Shown here piece after piece: positions 34,401 through 46,416 of a stretch of DNA of 64,000 nt. The stretch's first letter is position 1, and the number at the start of each line of letters is the position of its first letter. The notes beneath the pieces were generated by a model. The model saw only the letters and a list, made by a program, of their open reading frames with translations. It made no database searches and had not been told where the DNA came from. The stretch comes from Squalus acanthias (Eukaryota): assembly GCA_030390025.1 (NCBI GenBank), contig CM059432.1:46006001-46070000 (forward strand). The letters are read 5' to 3'. The position numbers and the translations under genes were made by a program.

Positions 34401-37400
34401 AGTGGTTTCTCAAAAGATGTTGGAGGTGGTGCAGGAGACGCAGAATGAGCCAAGGGAGCAAGAAGCCATAAAATCAGACTGGAAAAGACTGCGGAAGCGC
34501 TCATTGCAAGCGTGGAGAGGTTCTTCCAAGGAGGTCCCACAGTTGATGGAGTCAAGCTGCAGCACCTCTGACTCCGGAAGGCCTTCTAAAAGTGCTCAGA
34601 GACCTTTGAAAGCCAAGGTCTGGCACCTGCAAGTAATCCTTGCTGCAATAAACGATGTCTTGTTGGACCTGCAGCAGTGAGGAGGGCACCCACGAGTCAA
34701 CCCACCAGGTTTACCTGGCGTGGTTTAGGAGGTGTGTGGATCACGCCGAAATGCTGGAAAAATCACGAGGGCCTCTCAAAATAGGCTTAGAGAGGCCCTT
34801 AACGAGCATTTAAGGATCTTTAATAGCGCAATGGCCAGCTGGAGGGGGAGCGTTTCCCGACCTCCAAAACCGGCACTGGCAAAATCCCGCGGAGGCGGTT
34901 TGGAGGCGGGTTCCGAACTTGACCTCTTCGATTCTGATTTTCCCGCCTTTCCCGCCTCCAAACCCGCCTCCTCCAACGTCAGAAAATCGCCCCCTAAGTG
35001 GCAACAAATCCCCTGGACCTGACGACCTGCATCCTAGGGTTTTAAAAGAGGTAGCCACAGAGATAGTGGATGCACTGGTATTAATCTTCCAGAATTCTCT
35101 AGATTCTAGAACAAGGATTGGAAGGTAGCAAACATAACCCTACTATTTAAGAAAGGAGGAAGAGAAAAAATGGGGAACTATAGGCCAGTTAGCCTGACAT
35201 CAGTAGTAGGCAAAATGCTAGAATCTATTATTAGGGATGTGGTAACAGGGCACTTAGAAAATAATAATAGGATTGGTCAGAGTCAACACAGGTTTGTGAA
35301 AGGGAAATTGTGTGTGACAAATCAGTTAGAGTTTTTTGAGGTTGTAACTCGCAGAATAGATAAGAGGGAACCAGTGGATGTGGTGTATTTGGATTTTCAG
35401 AAGGTATTCGATAAGGTGCCACACAAGAGGTTATTAAACAAAATTAGGGCTCATGGGATTGGGGGTAATATATTAGCATGGATTGAGGATTCGTTAACGG
35501 ACAGAAAACAGACACTAGGAATAAACGGGTCATTTTCGGGTTGGCAGGCTGTAACTAGTGGGGTACCGCAAGGATCAGTGCTTGGGCCTCAGCTATTCAC
35601 AATCTATATCAATGATTTGGATGAGGGGACCAAATGTAATATATCCAAGTTTGCTGATGATACAAAGCTAGGTGGGAATATAAGTTGTGAGGAAGATGCA
35701 AAGAGGCTTCAAGGGGATATAGACAGGCTAAGTGCATGGGCAAGAACATGGCAAATGGAATATAATGTGGAGAAATGTGAAGTTATCCACTTTGGTAGGA
35801 AAAACAGAAAAGCAGAGTATTTTTTAAATGGTGCGAGATTGGGAAATGTTGGTGTTCAGAGGGACTTGGATGTCCTTGTACACGAATCACTGAAAGTTAA
35901 CATGCAGCTACAGCAAGCAATTAGGAAAGCAAATGGTATGTTGGCCTTTATTACAAGAGGATTTGAGTATAAGAGTAAAAATGTCTTACTGCAATTAAAG
36001 AGGGCCCTGGTGAGACCACACCTGGATTATTGTGTACAGTTTTAGTCTCCTACCTAAGGAAGGATATACTTGCCATAGAGGGAGTGCAATGAAGGTTCAA
36101 CAGACTGATTCCTGGGATGGGGGGATTGTTCTATGAGGAGAGATTGAGTAAATTAGGCATATATTCTCTAGAGTTTAGAAGAATGAGAGGTGATCTCATT
36201 GAAACATACAAAATTGTTACAGGGCTTGACAGGGTAGATGCAGGGAGGATGTTTCCCCTGGCTGGGGAGTCTAGAACCAGGGGTCACAGTCTCAGAATAA
36301 GGGGTCGGCCATTTAGGACTGAGATGAGGAGAAATTTCTTCACTCAGAGGGTGGTGAATCTTTAGAATTCTCTACCCCAGAGGCTGTGGAGGCTCAGTCA
36401 TTGAGTATATTCAAGACAGAGATCAATAGATTTTTGGATATTAAGAGAATCAAGGGATATGGGGAAAGTGCAGGAAAGATGTGTTGAGTTAGAAGATGAG
36501 ACATGATCTTATTGAATGGCGGAACAGGCTCAAAGGGCCAAATGGCCTACTCCAGATCCTGTTTCTGATGTTCTTATGTTCTAAAAATTGCATCAGCCAG
36601 GCCTTGGACATCAAACAGGCAACCAACGTGCTCTTCTGATTTTTGACTGCTGGTCGCCCATTGTTCAGGCATGAAATGGGCGGCCGTGAGTTGAATTTCT
36701 CCCCCATTATATGTTACACTGATCACATGACAACATGCTTAGTGTCTTCAGCAACTATTAGTGGAAATATCCTTCTGACATCATATAGGAATAGTAGAAT
36801 TTGGGCCATTTCAGTCTCAGAATGTATCCTTAGTAATGGACTACTCTTCAATTTTCCAAAGTACGTCATTCGCAGCTTGATGTGAATTTTCAGTTGGAGG
36901 CAGACCAAACTTGTTAGGAAGGATGTTGTCACCTTCAATTGAAGTTTATTATGTTAGATTGCTAGACTACCAACATTTTATTCCTCTACAGACATAGGAT
37001 GGAGAAGAATATTGATAGGATTCTAAATGTAAAAGGTCATTTTGTTTCTCAGCACATTTGCAATACAATATTAGAATATGGAATCTGACATTGCACATCC
37101 ACAGAAGGACATTATGCCACATAAAAAAGATAGGGCTGTCCAGATACAAAGTATGTTAAGTTGAGCCAAATCCGGGTCTCTATCAATGAAACGAAATGAC
37201 CATATCTGGACTGTTCAGACTTGTCATGCACACACACTAGCATTTTATTAAAGGGACTTAAACATTCCAATCAAAGTCACTTGAATTGCACTAAATTCAG
37301 ATTTATGCCAATTTTTTCCATCTGCTTTTTCATCTTGTCTCCTACAGATGTGAATTTTTAAGAGGATATGCTACTTACGTGACCGTAAGTAATGTCACAG

Positions 37401-37529
37401 CTAAAACTGATTGTACATTCACCTGAGCTCCATAAAGTTGCATTTTTCAGTGGCAGTCATAAGTTCCATTCCCTTGGCACTGATGACATTCCTTTACCTG
37501 GCCACGTGCATAGACTAAATAAAACGATG

Positions 37530-38080
37530 TGAACCCCTTTGTCACGTTTCCCTTTCTGAGCTTCAAACCCCACTTCCTCTCCATCACTAAGTTCACTGAT
37601 TTCCACCTCCTCAACATTACCCATGCTTTTTCCAAGAACAAGTGCGATTACTCCAGTGTTCTCCTCACTGGGCTCCCATCATCCAACCTCCACATTTGCC
37701 AAAATATAATTTTTTACATTGTGTACTGCACTAAGTCCCAATCCTCCATCACTCTTATCCTTACTTACCTACACTAGCTCCCTGTCCTTCAATGCATCCA
37801 ATTGAAAATCCTTGTCCTTGTTTTCAACAGCCGTGCATCTCCCTACCTCTGTAACCTCTTCCAGCCATACAACCCCTGTCACACCTTTTGGTTCTCTGAC
37901 TCCAGCTTCCTCTGACCTCCTTTAAAGCTCATTGAAAAGCACCTTTTCAACTTAACCTTCAGTCGTTTCCCCAAACCTCTCTCACATAGCTTGGTGCCCG
38001 CTTCCATTATTATTCTTTGTGAAGTGCTGTGGAATATCGTGTATGTTAAAGGCACTATATACGTCCAAGTTCAGGTTGCT
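37530..38080 (+). mobile_element. Old L2-like LINE 3' fragment
   Basis: Decayed DYSSVLLTGLP...ITLILTYLH coding remnant and a GTGAAGTGCT...GTTAAAGGCACTATAT...CAAGTT tail. Confidence 0.7.
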
Positions 38081-38084
38081 GTAT

Positions 38085-38470
38085 CTTATAAACATCTCAA
38101 AATGCTTTATATACAATGAAGTGCAGTTATAGTTGTTATGTAGGAAATGCTAGAAGCCATTGTGTGCACAGCAAGATTGCACAAGCAGCAATGAGATGAA
38201 TGACCAGTTAATGAACAGTTAATCTGTTTTTGATGGAGCTAGTTGAGAAAGGAATGTTGACCATGAAAGGAGAACCCCCTATCTTTCTCAAATAGTGACA
38301 TGAGATCTTTCTGAATCACCAGCGCAGGCCAATAGGATCTTGGTTTAATACCTTACCCAAAATATGGCACCTCTGACAATATAACACTTACTCAGTATTG
38401 CCTTAGAGCATCAATTCAGATTATCACCCTAAACTCCTGCTATGGGGGTTGGGTCAACCACCTTCTGACC
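38085..38470 (-). mobile_element. Old SINE copy (family of 39153-39583)
   Basis: Shares GCACAGCAAGAT..CACAA.CAGCAATG and TAATCTGTTTT blocks with 39153-39583. Confidence 0.65.
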
Positions 38471-39152
38471 AAAGACCAGCCAATATGATAATCAGAAGTC
38501 ATAGTGCGGTGGCAGTGATTTAGTTGCTGTACACTATGGGCAGGAGCTGCTGCTCTTACGAGAATATTTGCCATCAGTATGCAGCGACCAGGATCACATT
38601 CATTAGTAGTAGGACTTGAGGACCGCCCCAGAGGGGATAGGAGAGAGGGCCCCATCCATGCTGCTTTTTGTCAACAGACACGTGGACTGGGTACCCAATA
38701 ATGCTGACTCAGCATCAAATGCTGACTGTTGCCATGTATATGTTTTGCTGGTGCACCTGCCTCTTGTGTTTCTGTGTTGGTTGAACCCTACCAACAAGTG
38801 GTTAGTCAGTTTTGAAATATTGAAATGCTTAAAATGAACCATTTTAATGCACAAAGTCAAATTTTCTGGGGAGTATACTCCCTGAAAATGAATCACCAAT
38901 TTCTGCCTTCAACATTTTGATTTCTCACTTTAACCTTCATATACTTATTTTTTTCCCGCTAATACAAGTAAAAGGAATGTTAGATATACTTATAGCCTAA
39001 GTTGCAAAGTCTATGCAACTATTTGTTTTTACATGCTAATACTTACAGCTGTTCTTGAGTTGTCAGCTTTTTGGAGGCCACAGGCAGTGCTGTCCATGGC
39101 CTGGTACGAAGCTTGAGTTGTTGCTGTAGCAGGTGACATAGCTCGGTGATAA

Positions 39153-39583
39153 AGAAGAAAAGTCTTGTATTTATATAGCGACTTTCTTGACCTCAGGACA
39201 TCCAAAAGCGTTTTATAGCCAATGAAGTACTTTGTAAGTGTAGTTATTGTTGAAATGTAGGCAACATGGCAGCCAATTTGCACACAGCAAGATCCCACAA
39301 ACAGCAATGTCATACTGACCAGATAATCTGTTTTAGTGATGTTGGTTGAAAGTTAAATATTGGCCAGGACACTGGGGAGAACTCCTCTGGTCTTCTTTGA
39401 AATATTGCCATGGGATCTTTTGCGTGCACCTGAGAGGGTAGATGGGGCCTCGGCTTAATGTCTCTTCTGAAACAAGGCACCTCGAACAGTGCATCACTCC
39501 TTCAGTACTGTACTGGAGCGTCAGCCTAGATTTTGTGCTCAAGTCCCTGGAGTGGGACTTGAACCCACAACCTTCTGACTCTT
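39153..39583 (-). mobile_element. tRNA-derived SINE, DeuSINE/SacSINE1-like, with an L2-like tail
   Basis: Minus-strand B box GGGTTCAAGTCCC (~39553-39567), a central conserved domain, and a 3' tail resembling the L2 end (GCTATATAAATACAAG). Family name from recall, not a search. Confidence 0.75.
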
Positions 39584-39639
39584 TTGTGAAACAAAGGCAC
39601 CTGAGTCATTGCTCCTCAGTGAAGTTCATTTGGAGAAGT

Positions 39640-40255
39640 GTTCCTTGAAGTTCCTCTGTGGGTATGGCCTCCTGCGCAATGCCCTCCTCATCCCTCTTGT
39701 CCCAGCTTCTCCTGCTCTCTCCTGTCTTCTTGACTGCTCCCCCTCATCCTCCAGCCCCAAAGGCAGTCCTACCAGACTAGCCATGACTGCAGTAAAACTG
39801 TTTTGAAAGCAGCTAAAAGCAATGCAGCACCAGCAAAAACTTCTTCTCAGAGGTCAGAAATAAGTTATAGAAGTGAGACGTCCAAAGGTTAACCAGCAGT
39901 CTAAAAGGACAAACCAGCAATTAGCCTGTATCTTGCACTACTGAAGGGTCTTTGTTGCCTGTTAGTGCCACGTATTGCTGAGCAAGTTTCTCATGTTGTG
40001 AGTCGGCCGCTGGGGCAGCCCAATTTTTCAAAAGGATCCTACAACAAGCGTAGGACACTTATTTAAATACTTTAATTAATGATTAACATACTTCAGTGTG
40101 CACCCAGGGCACCTACAGAAGAGTCCAATCCAATATGGCAGGCAGTACACTTGCAGCACGGGCCAGGCGTTCACTCCGCACGCATCACATTGAACGCTTA
40201 GATGCTCGTTTTACGTCTGCAAAACGGGCGCGGCACCAACAAATTTGTAGGCCTT
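39640..40255 (-). mobile_element. Harbinger remnant (transposase N-terminus plus terminus)
   Basis: Minus strand MASLVGLPLGLE...RRALRRRPYPQR resembles the transposase N-termini at 20048 and 59150. Ends AAATTTGTAGGCC. Confidence 0.6.
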
Positions 40256-40783
40256 TAAGACATGGGCAAGAATTAATAAGCTAAACTCACCTACCAGGGA
40301 TTTTGCCTAACAAGCTATTAAAGTTTGAGACACTAAAGCAATAAACTGGATGTCTGTGAAGTGGTGTGGCAATTAGTTGGTAAGGTAACTCTACTGGTAG
40401 TATTATTTTGTTCGTACAAAATTCTTACTAAAATGCATTTGTGTTAAATACATTTTCAACCATTTTTGCAATTAATTTAGAGCAGTTATTAATTGGACAA
40501 CATCTGTTGTGATGTAAAGCCCAGCATGGCCAATTCATTTCCTGAATGCTGATGTATGTTCACAGTGTTTTATGTGTGTCAAACCAAAGCTCATGTGATT
40601 TAAATACAAACTTCATCTCATGAATCTGGCTCATGAACAGAGTGCTGAAGAAGCATAATTATATCTTTCTATTTAAAAAGAAAATCTGAGCCTGAATGGA
40701 GCTTTTCAAAGAAAATCAGTTTTTGTTCAGATTTTATGAGCAATTCAGTCGAGTTAAGTTGAAGTTTTGGCCAGGGACTCACT

Positions 40784-43280
40784 GGCCCCGATATTAATCA
40801 GAAAGCGGCTTCCGTGCGGGGGTGGGGTGGAATTGCATGGGGGAAACCTGGAAGTCATCTGAATGGGTCGGAATCTGCGCTCTCACCTCAATTGTACCAA
40901 TTAATTTTGACTTCCGGGTTTCCTGTCTCCGAGCTGAGCAGCGGGCATGATGCGCACCTGCATGACGCGATTTCAGCTGAATTTAAAGGGACAGTCCACA
41001 GTGGAACTTGCAGGTATTCAGGATGGATGGTGGACATAGAGAAAATGCAGCACCCAGATTTAATGATGCCTCACTGGAATTACTGCTGGGTGCAGTCAGG
41101 AGGAGGAGGAGGAGGAGGGAGGTACTTTTCCCCAGCAATGAGAGGAAGAAACCTGCTGCTCTCACCAAGAAGGCGTGGTTGGAGGTATCTGAGGAGGTGA
41201 GCAGCAGGAGCGTTGTGTCCAGATCATGGATACAATGTAGAAAGCGGTTTAATGACCTAACCAGGTCTGGAAAAGTCAGCACATTTGCTGATTCAACTAT
41301 ATCCTGTGCTTTAGCCGCCACCCCCTAGCCCCCCCCCCCCCACCCCCACCACCACCTTTCACTCTGTTTTAACAAGCGTTCGCCATCACATCACTCCTCA
41401 CACCCACTCAACTTTCAGCAGCAACCAGCCTTCACTTTCTATGCACTTCATCACCTCCCCATTTACCATCTACTGTTGACACTCACCCCAATCCTTATGC
41501 CATGTGATGCATGTGTCTCATAGTCACGCTCACCAAATACACTGCATCCATCGGGTGAATATCTGACCTTCACTCACTCATAGGTCTGTTTTTTCACTTC
41601 TTGCAGGGGAAGAGAGCGCGAAACGCAAGGGAGAGGGACAGGACTGGAGGTGGACCACCACAAATAGTCCAGCTCACTGATGCAGAGGAGGACGCGATGG
41701 GGATAAGTGGCACATCTGTGTGCCTCTCAGCTGGAGCTGGAGAGACAGTGAGTTCACAGATAGCTGGTAACAGAATTACAAATATCTCTGACTTAATTTC
41801 ATCAATGACTGAACTATGAGAAGACTGTATATGGTGATTGTCAAGATTGTGACTTTGTCTTTTGTCTTCCAGGCCCTTCACACATCCAGGAAGTCTCACA
41901 GGACATCCATGAGGACGATTCCTCATTCCTTCTGAGGGTGCGCCTACAACCATGCACCAGCACAGATACTCACACTTCAGTGGGTCCAGTTAAAGAGTTA
42001 GTTGGGTTTTCACCTGGTGATTCACACCTCACAAGTGCGTACGAGCTGGCATTGGTGGCAAGCACAGCTGTGGAGAGTCGGTTTCAGAGGGTGCAATCCT
42101 CTCCAAGCTCTGCTCAGCTGGACACAGATGCTGAACTTGGGGCCATTATTGAGAAGGAGAATGCTAGATTAGCATCAGCAACTTCGCCAGGTACTGACAG
42201 ATGTGCCACACACACTCTCCACAATAGCGAAGAGGATGGAGGAGTCCAATTCAATTACTAGTGCATTGGTGGCGCAGGGCAAGGCGAGAATGTCTGTCAT
42301 GGAGAGAGAGTCCACCTCCATGGAGCTTTAAGCAAGGCTCTCAAATGAGGCCATGCAGGCCACGACCATAGCCGTGCAGACTTTGGATGGCAACTTGTCT
42401 GCCACCTTAAACATGATGACAGATACCTTATCCGTGGCCTTACAATGTGTCACTGATCTTCACCAATCTGGTCTACAACAGAGTGGTAGGAGTGATGTGG
42501 TGCTGGCCCAGGAGAGGTTAGATGGCAAAAGGGTACATGGAAGTGGGAACTCCACTCAAAGCGCTCCCACTTCTCACCCGTTGCCGCCCCTCAGCCAGTA
42601 CCTGACATGCTGCCTCATCTTCTGATGGCCAAGTCTGCCTCTGCACAGGTGCAGGTGGAACAGCCTTTGGCAGGGCCCTCAGGGGCTCCAAAACCCAGTG
42701 GGCATAGGCCAAAAAGTATCTCAGCAGTCAGGGCAGGGATCTGAGCAGCCTCCTTCTACCTCTACTGAAGGCACATGGGATGCACCACGTAGAAGTGGTA
42801 GGAAGCTTAAGTTAAAGAAATTGTAATTCATCGAGGTATGCACATGGGTGTTTGACAAAATGTTATGCTGTTAAATGTCCTTCTTTTTATAATGCCACAT
42901 AAAATTTAATGATTGGCACCACTTTCACATCTTTCCCATTATTGTGTCCCAAGGGCCAGCTCGCCCTTTCACTTGTTTCATGATGAATGTCAATACATAC
43001 CGGGAGCCATTGGGCGGATGTGCAATTGGTGGATGAGTGGTTGGAGGACTGTTTAGTGCAAAGGAGGGGGGATGCGTGTTGGTGCTGGTGAAGGAGCGAA
43101 CTGCAGGATTTAATTTTTATTTTTCACATTAGGTGAACCATTGCGATATTAGGGCATCTCTGGCATCCCGGGCAGCACTGTAAGTGGCTGGTCTGGTGAT
43201 GGCTACCCCATCTTCATCCTCCCACTCCTCCTCCTCCATGTTTACCTCATCTGAAGATTAGTAATGAGCCACTGCACTGG
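40784..43280. mobile_element. Decayed Harbinger element: Myb-like pseudogene (exons 41023-41274, 41607-41766, ~41873-42828, plus) and a transposase 3' remnant (minus)
   Basis: RENAAPRFNDASLE...WLEVSEEV...QCRKRFNDL in exon 1; RERDRTGGGPP in exon 2; exon 3 disrupted. Confidence 0.85.
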
Positions 43281-43287
43281 AGGGTAT

Positions 43288-43640
43288 GGTAGTGTAGTGG
43301 TTATCTTCCTGGATTAATAATCCGGAGACCTGGACTAATAATCCAGTAGCAGCTTGTGAATTTGAATTTAGTTTAAAAAAATCTGGAAATAAAAAGCTGG
43401 CATCATAAAGCTTTTGGATTGTTGTAGGGAAGGAAGCCTGCTGTCCTTATCCAGTCTGGCCTTTCTATGACTCCAGTCCCACACCAATGTGGTTGACTCT
43501 TACTTGCCCTCTACCAAGCACTCAGTTGTATCAAACCTGTTCAAGAAGGTGGCCCACCACCACCTTCTCAGGGTAACTAGAGATGGGCAATAAATGCTGA
43601 CTTTTCTAGCAATGCCCACATCCCGAGAATGGATTTTTAG
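43288..43640 (+). mobile_element. SINE sharing its 3' tail with the 28441-30107 LINE
   Basis: A-box-like GGTAGTGTAGTGG start. The tail TTCAAGAAGGTGGCCCACCACCACCTTCTCAGGG...GATGGGCAATAAATGCTG...ATGCCCACATCCC matches the reverse complement of 28457-28542. Confidence 0.78.
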
Positions 43641-44078
43641 AAACTGCCACCAATCCAGGGAAATTCCCACCAGATTGCAAAATCTAGGCCTCAGTTCTCC
43701 AAATGGATCTGCCCTTTGGGAGAAATCTCCTGAGATCCTGCACCACTGGTGGCGCCTCACACAGAGCAGGTGGCTTTTCGCAAAATCGTGGGTGCGCTGT
43801 ATTTTACAAGCTATCAATCATCACTCTAGGCACTCTCTTAATCCCAACACAAATGGGCAAAATTAACACTGAGGTCTGCTGATTGTGGATTGAAATTGGA
43901 TTTGTATTTCCGCTGTGTGCTTTCCTGAGAAAATTAGACTTTTGTTCATGTCAGTACTCAGACATGTTAATGCCAGACATATTGGCCTTGGCTAGTACCA
44001 TAAATGAGTGAGTGTGGCCCATGTACTCCATACCTACACTCAACCTCTGATATTACCCTTGGGCTCTTTCTTTATGAT

Positions 44079-46040
44079 GCGGAGGGTCGCTGCCCCAAGC
44101 TTGACATGTATGCTCAAGCTGTCAGGAGATGCATCAACGCCAGATTCATCAGCCGCACTCACAAGACAGTCCAGAATGTCACCCGAGCACAACGCAACGC
44201 CATCCACGCTCTCAAGACCAACCGCAACATTGTCATCAAACCAGCGGACAAAGGAGGAGCCATCGTCATACAGAACAGAACGGACTATTGTAAAGAAGCA
44301 TACCGACAACTGGACAACCAGGAACACTACAGACAGCTACCCGCAGATCCGACCAAAGAACACACCCGCCAACTCAATAGACTGATCAAGACCTTCGATC
44401 CAGACCTTCAAAACATCCTACGCGCTCTCATCCCACGTAATCCCCGCGTGGGAGACTTCTACTGCCTCCCAAAGATACACAAAGCCAACACACCCGGACG
44501 TCCTATCGTATCAGGCAATGGAACCCTGTGTGAGAACCTCTCTGGATACGTCGAGGGCATTCTGAAACCCATCGTACAGGGAACCCCCAGCTTCTGTCGC
44601 GACACTACAGACTTCTTACAGAAACTCAGCACCCACGGACCAGTTGAACCAGGAACACTCCTTGCCACGATGGACGTATCGGCACTCTACACCAGTATCC
44701 CCCACGATGACGGCATCGCTGCAACAGCCTCAGTACTCAACATCAACAACAGCCAATCTCCAGACGCCATCCTACAACTCATCCGCTTCATCCTTGACCA
44801 CAATGTCTTCACCTTCGACAACCATTTTTTTACCCAAACACACGGAACAGCCATGGGGACCAAATTCGCACCCCAATACGCCAACATCTTCATGCACAAG
44901 TTCGAGCAAGACTTCTTCGCTGCACAGGACCTCCAGCCAACGCTGTATACCAGATACATCGACGACATTTTCTTCCTTTGGACCCACGGTGAAGGATCAC
45001 TGAAAAGACTACACGATAACATAAACATGTTCCATCCCACCATCAAACTCACCATGGACTACTCCTCAGAATCAGTCTCATTCCTGGACACACGAATCTC
45101 CATCAAAGACGGACACCTCAGCACTTCACTCTACCGCAAGCCCACGGACAACCTCACGATGCTCCACTTCTCCAGCTTCCACCCTAACCATGTTAAAGAA
45201 GCCATCCCCTATGGACAAGCCCTGCGAATACACAGGATCTGCTCAGACGAGGAGGAACGCGATGGACACCTACGGACGCTGAAAAACGCCCTCGTAAGAA
45301 CGGGATATGACGCTCGACTCATCGATCGACAGTTCCGACGGGCCACAGCGAAAAATCGCATAGACCTCCTCAGAAGGCAAACACGGGACACAACCAACAG
45401 GGTACCCTACGTCGTCCAGTACTTCCCCGGAGCGGAGAAACTACGCCATGTTCTTCGCAGCCTTCAACATGTCATCGATGACGACAAACACCTCGCTAAG
45501 GCCATCCCCACGCCCACACTACTTGCCTTCAAACAGCCGCCTAACCTCAGAAGTACCATCGTTCGCAGCAAATTACCCAGCTTTCAGGATAACAGCGACC
45601 ACGACACCACACAACCCTGCCATGGCAAACTCTGCAAGACATGCCAGATCATCAACACAGATACCACCATCACACGTGAGGACACTACCCACCAGGTACA
45701 TGGTACATACTCATGTGACTCGGCCAACGTTGTCTACCTCATACGTTGCAGGAAAGAATGCACCGCGGCATGGTACATCGGCGAGACCATGCAGACACTG
45801 AGACAACGTATGAACGAGCACCGCGCAACAATCGCCAGGCAGGATTGTTACCTCCCAGTCGGGGAACACTTCAGCAGTCAAGGACATTCAGCCTCGGATC
45901 TGCGGGTAAGCGTTCTCCAAGGCAACCTTAGAAACACACGACAACGCAAAATCATCGAGCAGAAACTGATAGCCAAGTTCCGCACTCATGAAGACGGTCT
46001 CAATCGGGATCTTGGGTTTATGTCACGATACATGACGTGA
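44079..46040 (+). CDS. Penelope RT plus GIY-YIG endonuclease (N-terminally truncated, no internal stops)
   Basis: IKPADKGGA, LPKIHK, GRPIVS, DVSALYTSIP, GTAMG, RYIDD and YRKPT motifs. Cys-rich linker PCHGKLCKTC; NVVYLIRC...WYIGET...RMNEHR. Confidence 0.93.
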   Translation, partial: AEGRCPKLDMYAQAVRRCINARFISRTHKTVQNVTRAQRNAIHALKTNRNIVIKPADKGGAIVIQNRTDYCKEAYRQLDNQEHYRQLPADPTKEHTRQLNRLIKTFDPDLQNILRALIPRNPRVGDFYCLPKIHKANTPGRPIVSGNGTLCENLSGYVEGILKPIVQGTPSFCRDTTDFLQKLSTHGPVEPGTLLATMDVSALYTSIPHDDGIAATASVLNINNSQSPDAILQLIRFILDHNVFTFDNHFFTQTHGTAMGTKFAPQYANIFMHKFEQDFFAAQDLQPTLYTRYIDDIFFLWTHGEGSLKRLHDNINMFHPTIKLTMDYSSESVSFLDTRISIKDGHLSTSLYRKPTDNLTMLHFSSFHPNHVKEAIPYGQALRIHRICSDEEERDGHLRTLKNALVRTGYDARLIDRQFRRATAKNRIDLLRRQTRDTTNRVPYVVQYFPGAEKLRHVLRSLQHVIDDDKHLAKAIPTPTLLAFKQPPNLRSTIVRSKLPSFQDNSDHDTTQPCHGKLCKTCQIINTDTTITREDTTHQVHGTYSCDSANVVYLIRCRKECTAAWYIGETMQTLRQRMNEHRATIARQDCYLPVGEHFSSQGHSASDLRVSVLQGNLRNTRQRKIIEQKLIAKFRTHEDGLNRDLGFMSRYMT

Positions 46041-46373
46041 TCCGGACTCGAGTCGTCGTTAGCTTGTTCACAGATGTGATTCCCAGTAAAAAAAGTAAAA
46101 ATTTTCCCAGTAAAAAAGTAAAAAAATGTTAAAGCTTTTCGTTTTACATACAGACGGCAGCTTTTGACACGTTAGAACCCTAGCGACTACACCTCATTGT
46201 CTCAGTTGTATCTTGCTATGTCTTTGATGTGGTACCTTCCTGGCTGACTTAATTAACTTTATCACACCTCGGCAGATAGTCAGGATGATTTAATTTATTG
46301 GTCTGCAATTGTAAAGTACACATTCTTTGTTTTCCATCTATATATGCTTTGGAGATTCTGTATCTAATTTACT

Positions 46374-46416
46374 TCACCTGAGGAAGGAGCAAATCGATAG
46401 CTCCGAAAGCTTGTGA
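46374..46416 (+). ncRNA. Minimal type I hammerhead ribozyme motif
   Basis: TCAC-CTGAGGA-A-GGAGC(9-nt loop)GCTCC-GAAA-GC-TT-GTGA: conserved CUGANGA and GAAA boxes, helix I UCAC/GUGA, 5-bp helix II, and palindromic AAGCUU in place of helix III. Confidence 0.72.

Larger units (their letters stand above)
32199..34995. mobile_element. PIF/Harbinger element of a second family with ~460-500-bp inverted termini; Myb-like gene mostly deleted
   Basis: Ends GGGGCGATTTTC / GAAAATCGCCCCC. 32199-32655 aligns with the reverse complement of 34492-34995. Confidence 0.9.
30108..36582 (+). mobile_element. CR1 LINE (ORF2 pseudogene) broken by three Harbinger-family insertions
   Basis: Pieces 30108-30235, 31009-31350, inverted 32144-32198 and 34996-36582. 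[24 protein letters not shown] and KFADDTK motifs; TATGTTCT tail. Confidence 0.92.

Noticed and set aside
34015..34680. 221-aa plus-strand ORF
   Set aside because: It is antisense to the Myb exon-1 remnant and runs into the inverted terminus; no independent coding signal.
39540..39583. tRNA gene suggested by a B box
   Set aside because: No complete cloverleaf; it is the truncated head of a SINE.
46080..46127. ~24-bp tandem duplication in the Penelope 3' UTR
   Set aside because: A simple A-rich slippage duplication; not a pseudo-LTR.
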